Shown here one piece after another: positions 59,466 through 64,000 of a stretch of DNA of 64,000 bases. Position 1 is the first letter of the stretch, and each line of letters starts with the position of its first letter. Origin of the DNA: Rhizophagus irregularis (taxonomy: Eukaryota); assembly GCF_026210795.1 (NCBI RefSeq), contig NC_089429.1:4340001-4404000 (forward strand), read 5' to 3'. Under the pieces are notes generated by a model, which worked only from the letters and a program-made list of their open reading frames with translations, ran no database searches and had not been told where the DNA came from. A program made the translations under genes and the position numbers.

Positions 59466-60543
59466 ATTTTATTTTTATTTTTATTAACCATGTGAACAAG
59501 ATTACAGAAAGATAGACAAGAACAAATTAAAAAATAAGTCAAACACTATCCTATACTACGCTATAATCAAACCGCCTGAAGACAGTGCCATCCTGGTGCG
59601 AAAAAAAGAGAACTATGGAGGTTCAACTGAAGCTTTTTCACCATTTAACACGAGGGAAATGGGACTTAGGGGATAAAAAAAATAAAAAACAAAAATAACG
59701 AAACTATATATTTATGTGAATTGATATGATGGCCTAAACTTTCGTTTAGAGAATACGGGTTATAAAGGTCCTCTAGTCGGAGTGTTGAAAAAAGGTGCCA
59801 CCTATATGAACAAATTTGTAGGTAATTAATAAGTGACTTAGTGGCAATCATGTGATTTGATAGTAAATGTAAGAGGCGTAGTATTAATTCCAATAACCAA
59901 TGTCATAAAAAGTAAAAAGTATCCTTAAAATTTTTTTAATTTTATCACGTGATTGTTTTATCCAGACCACTGGAAGGTATTGTTCCACGTGGAAGGTCAT
60001 CCTGATATGGGAAGTTAAAATTAGTGTACCATGGGATTTGATTGGTGTCAGTTTGATTTTATGTTTCTTAAAATGCACGTTACATGCAGCCAAGAAAGGT
60101 ATATTGTCGCACTTCGCACGTGATCATGCGAATGCCAAGGAATCGAAGGCGTGCTGGTCAAAGTTCTGAATGAAAGAGTCCTCTATCCAAAGTTCTAAGT
60201 AACGTGAAGAGACTCTATATAAAGAAGTCTTCTTCTTCCTGGGAATATTCTCAGGGTTCAGTAGTCATTGTTGAAGTTTGTAAAGGTTGTATTTATATAA
60301 GCCCGTTTTTCTAAAGGAAGGAAAGCCAAAAAGTATTTTTCTGTAGTTGGAAGCGTTGAAAGGCTGAGGGTTCCTCCTGGGCTATAGTCATGAGTAGAGT
60401 GAAGTAAAGTGTAGTAAAGTTCTTTAACACCTAACCGCCGAGTCCAAAAAGGACCCACCTCCTACGCTATCTAGCGCAGAAAGGTATTTTGTGTTTTTGA
60501 ATACTGCGGAATAGTAAATTCCAGACGGAAAGGAGAAATTGCT
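59466..60543 (-). mobile_element. 5'-truncated retroposed (LINE-like) insertion
   Basis: 16-bp TSD actgtccccctttttt (59450-59465, 60544-60559); (AAAAT)n-type tail on the minus strand; decayed coding remnants. Confidence 0.75.
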
Positions 60544-61541
60544 ACTGTCCCCCTTTTTTGGTAATTTTTATATATTAATTATGTCAATCATTTTGATCAC
60601 ATGACTTTTGTTAAGATTTCCCATTTTTTAAAAAATCCTGGCGGGAGACCTTATGCACTTACTATGTACTATAAGAAACCTTATACTATGCGTATTTTGA
60701 CCGCTCTACAAGTTTTCTTAATATATCAAAAAGGATTTAGAATGTCATTTTCAACTTTTATATGTAACATATTATAGGGGCGTGACATAACGCAGGTGCG
60801 ATAAAAAACAAAACCCTTAAATTTACATTATTTTATTAATAAACAATAAATTATACATTAAAATATCATTAAAATATAATATAGAATAAGCCCTTAAGGA
60901 TTATTTATTGGTAATTATAAACCCTTAAGGTTCCTAAAATTATTTTCATTATGTAATCCTCGTGGGTGGGGAAGATTTCTTAAGGATCCTCATTAATTAT
61001 GAATCTTGGAGGATCCGTACCCTAAAAAATTTATCTAAAACAAAGACTGTGCTCAAGACACTTTTATGCAACACATAATACTCTTTCTCCAAATTAGAAC
61101 TTCGGAGGGTTTGGATAGTTTATAGAAAGTTCACTGGACGAAACGTTTCAGATTTTGAAAAGTAGTTTTGCCATATTTCAAACTAATAATAAGCAGAAAA
61201 TGCTTCATTTTACTGATTAGTATGTAGACCATTTATAGATGAGCGAACAGAATTTTGATGTAATTGAGAATTCAGATTATTAATCTTTAAAAACGAGAAC
61301 AAATAAAAATTATTACTGTACTCAGAAAATATTTTTGTGATAATAAATCATTATGTAATAGAGTTACTAATATAACCAATGTTAAAAATAATTAAAGGTC
61401 TTTCATTTATAAACATTTATTATAAATTGATCATAAAATAAACCAAGAAAAAAAATAAAAATTGCATTTATTATTACAATAACAATGACTTTATATTATA
61501 AGTCTATAATAAAACTAAATAGATTATAATTATTATAATTT

Positions 61542-62285
61542 TTATGGCCATGATAAAATTTCTTTCTTAATAGCTTCATCATATTGTTCACAATTATTAT
61601 TATTACAAAATTTAGTATTAAAATCATTAATAAAAGATTTTAATTGAGTTTGAACATTTTTCTTACAATCACTAACCAATTTCTTTAATTTATTTCCTCC
61701 TATACCATTTTTTCTAGCTGTATCATTAATAGCATTTGTTAAAATTTTTTCAAAATCAGTTGATTTCCTTTTTAAATCATTTTTAACATTTTCAACACAA
61801 CGAGGTTTAACTTCTGAATTTAAAAAATGACAAATTGAAGGAGGATTACCACAAATATAATCCATTTTTTCACAAGAACTTGGATCCCAAGGTAAAGTTT
61901 TAGTTTGATTAATTCTAAAAGGTTTACTACAATCTCCTTTAAATTTAGGTTCTTGAACAAAAATTGAATCTTGAATTAATTTTGAAAAATTTCCTGAAAA
62001 ATCTTTTTGGAATTTTGATATAGCGGATTTAACAGCATTATTAATAACAGTTTTAATTCCATTAGCTTTACTGGTACTTCCAGTAATACTTTTCAAATCA
62101 ACATTCTTATATAAATTCTTTATAAGATTATTGCTGAAAGCATTAAAAAATGGTTTGATTTCCTTTGTATAAGCTGTTGCGAATCCTGATGCAACTCCTT
62201 TACGGCATGTACTTTCACATGCTTCAATTGGACTTAAAGAGAACAAAATTGCCAAAATAGCAAATACGAGCACAAAGTATTTCAT
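61542..62285 (-). CDS. Secreted cysteine-containing protein of unknown function, 247 aa, intronless
   Basis: Intact ORF; signal peptide MKYFVLVFAILAILFSLSPIEA; 10 Cys including CESTC, CEKMDYICGNPPSICH and CNNNNC. Confidence 0.85.
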   Translation of the reverse strand: MKYFVLVFAILAILFSLSPIEACESTCRKGVASGFATAYTKEIKPFFNAFSNNLIKNLYKNVDLKSITGSTSKANGIKTVINNAVKSAISKFQKDFSGNFSKLIQDSIFVQEPKFKGDCSKPFRINQTKTLPWDPSSCEKMDYICGNPPSICHFLNSEVKPRCVENVKNDLKRKSTDFEKILTNAINDTARKNGIGGNKLKKLVSDCKKNVQTQLKSFINDFNTKFCNNNNCEQYDEAIKKEILSWP

Positions 62286-64000
62286 TTTTCTTAAAGAGAA
62301 CGTAATGATAAGAAAGGTTATAGAAGGAAGAAAAAAAAAAGGATTGATGGATTAAGGGTGATAATGGATGATACAAAGGAACAAAATAGGAGGAAACGAT
62401 AGAATCAAAGGTATAATAATAAGGAAAGGGAATTAACCGAAAACAAGCAGTTAAACTTTTTTCGGTTATGGGAATTGAAGACACTTTTCCTGATGCATTA
62501 ATTCGCTTCAATTTTATACGAAATTTTTTTACTTGAATACATGAATGAATGTGAGGAATGTTAAATAATTGGTTAATTTCATAAACTCAAAGTATTCATT
62601 ATAATAGCATGAAAAAAGATGACAATAAATAAACTAATAAAAAACGAGGATGCACGAACAATTTATAGGACGATCAAAATCACAAAAGCCACAAAAAACA
62701 ACAAATAACGGGTACAACTTGTGTTCCCACTATATACAGTGAACTTACAATGAGCAAAACTACGAATTATTTGATATTAATGGTCAAAAGCGAAGCGTTA
62801 TATGTTTCTAAAAATATAAGTTCCGACTTCCGATTTCAAAAATAAATAAATAAATGATATAAACTTAATCGATTTCTTTTATGTGAAATAGATCGAATAA
62901 AAGTTTATTCATGTTTTTGTTTCTCTTAATTTAGAACAAAGGTATATTAAAATAAATATATTAGGAAAATCGGCTTTCGATAGTCGATTTCGAATATGTA
63001 CCAATCATACCAATCAATAGGATGCAAATGTAGTGTTATATAAATTGAACATACCCGTCGAAATTTATAAGGATATTTCCAAAACGTGAATTATATATAT
63101 GGTATTTGGGCATTTTAATAAAGAAGTGGTGTTAATAACATTGTAGATCCCAATTATGAATTGGCGTAAATGAATTGAATTCGAATTATATTGTTGAGAT
63201 ATGTTCTCTTGAAATTATATCAACCATAAATATTATAAACTTAGATTAAATTTCAAGTTTCGTAAGAAATTCTAGATAGAATTTTTTTTAAAAAAAAAAA
63301 ATGAGGACGTATCTACGATATGTCAAATAAAAAATAAAAAAATAGTACTTTGCCTCATTAGACTTAGACTCATTTATGTTGATCGTACCGTTTTAATATT
63401 TAGTACCCTACATTAATAATAACCAATCAGAAATTAGAATAAAAATCCAAAAACCGAAATGGTTTACATAAACAAACAACTATTGCATCTTAAAAGTATT
63501 TCCGAACTTTAAAAATAAAATGAAACATTATTGGCTAATACAAACATACCCCTATCTAGAACTACTGTAGTGTAACAAAAATTAATATGGGTAAACAATA
63601 AAATTCTTTTTTCGTTTTTTAGAAAATTAAAATTGGTTATCTTTTATATATAAAGACTTTTAAAGGTAAACAATTGAACACATAAAACTTATAGTTATAA
63701 TTCATATTAATTTTTTTTAGTCAATGTTTTTATAAAAAAAAAAGGGTTTCATTGCTAATCTAAATAAATATATGTAAATAAAAAAATAATTTATATAAAA
63801 AATAAATTATTATTAATAATTAATAAATTACCATATAAAGTTATACGTCAAGTTAAAATTAATGTTTTAATAAAAAATATTTGTTTCGTCAGCATATGTT
63901 TTGTATGCATTTTAAGGACAATATATAATTCCAAAAAGAAGGGCGTAATTATTAATTAACACAGTGACAATTTTGGTAAATTTATGATCATTCGGTTCAT

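Noticed and set aside
60775..61025. Cluster of ccttaagg palindromes as a MITE
   Set aside because: No convincing TIR pair or TSD found by eye

Overview
Very AT-rich eukaryotic DNA with short GT-AG introns. Composition and protein families suggest an arbuscular mycorrhizal fungus such as Rhizophagus (inference). About 58 of the 64 kb is nested transposons: at least three CACTA/EnSpm-type elements (Tnp2-like transposase plus a divergent second gene), a decayed autonomous hAT, a one-LTR Ty3/Gypsy truncated at a hAT MITE, a full-length LINE with open ORFs and a 15-bp TSD inside a pogo-like element, a Tc1 relic, two TGT..ACA/4-bp-TSD inserts and many MITEs whose TIRs and TSDs can be read directly. 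Host-like genes are few: a decayed PD-(D/E)xK-like multi-exon gene, a truncated membrane/coiled-coil gene and an intact Cys-rich secreted protein. Two things stand out. (1) Five sequence-unrelated tandem arrays inside DNA transposons are built from repeated micro-exon + intron units (polypyrimidine-AG, 28-60 nt exon, GTRAG). Most exons do not preserve frame, and four arrays have hairpins over the branch point and/or the 5' splice site, suggesting transposon-borne multi-spliced non-coding RNAs. (2) A compact, intronless, decayed virus-like cluster (about 32-37.5 kb) encodes an A32-type packaging ATPase, a zinc-ribbon/PD-(D/E)xK nuclease and a Gag-like ORF. All family calls are from motif recognition by eye; no searches were run.
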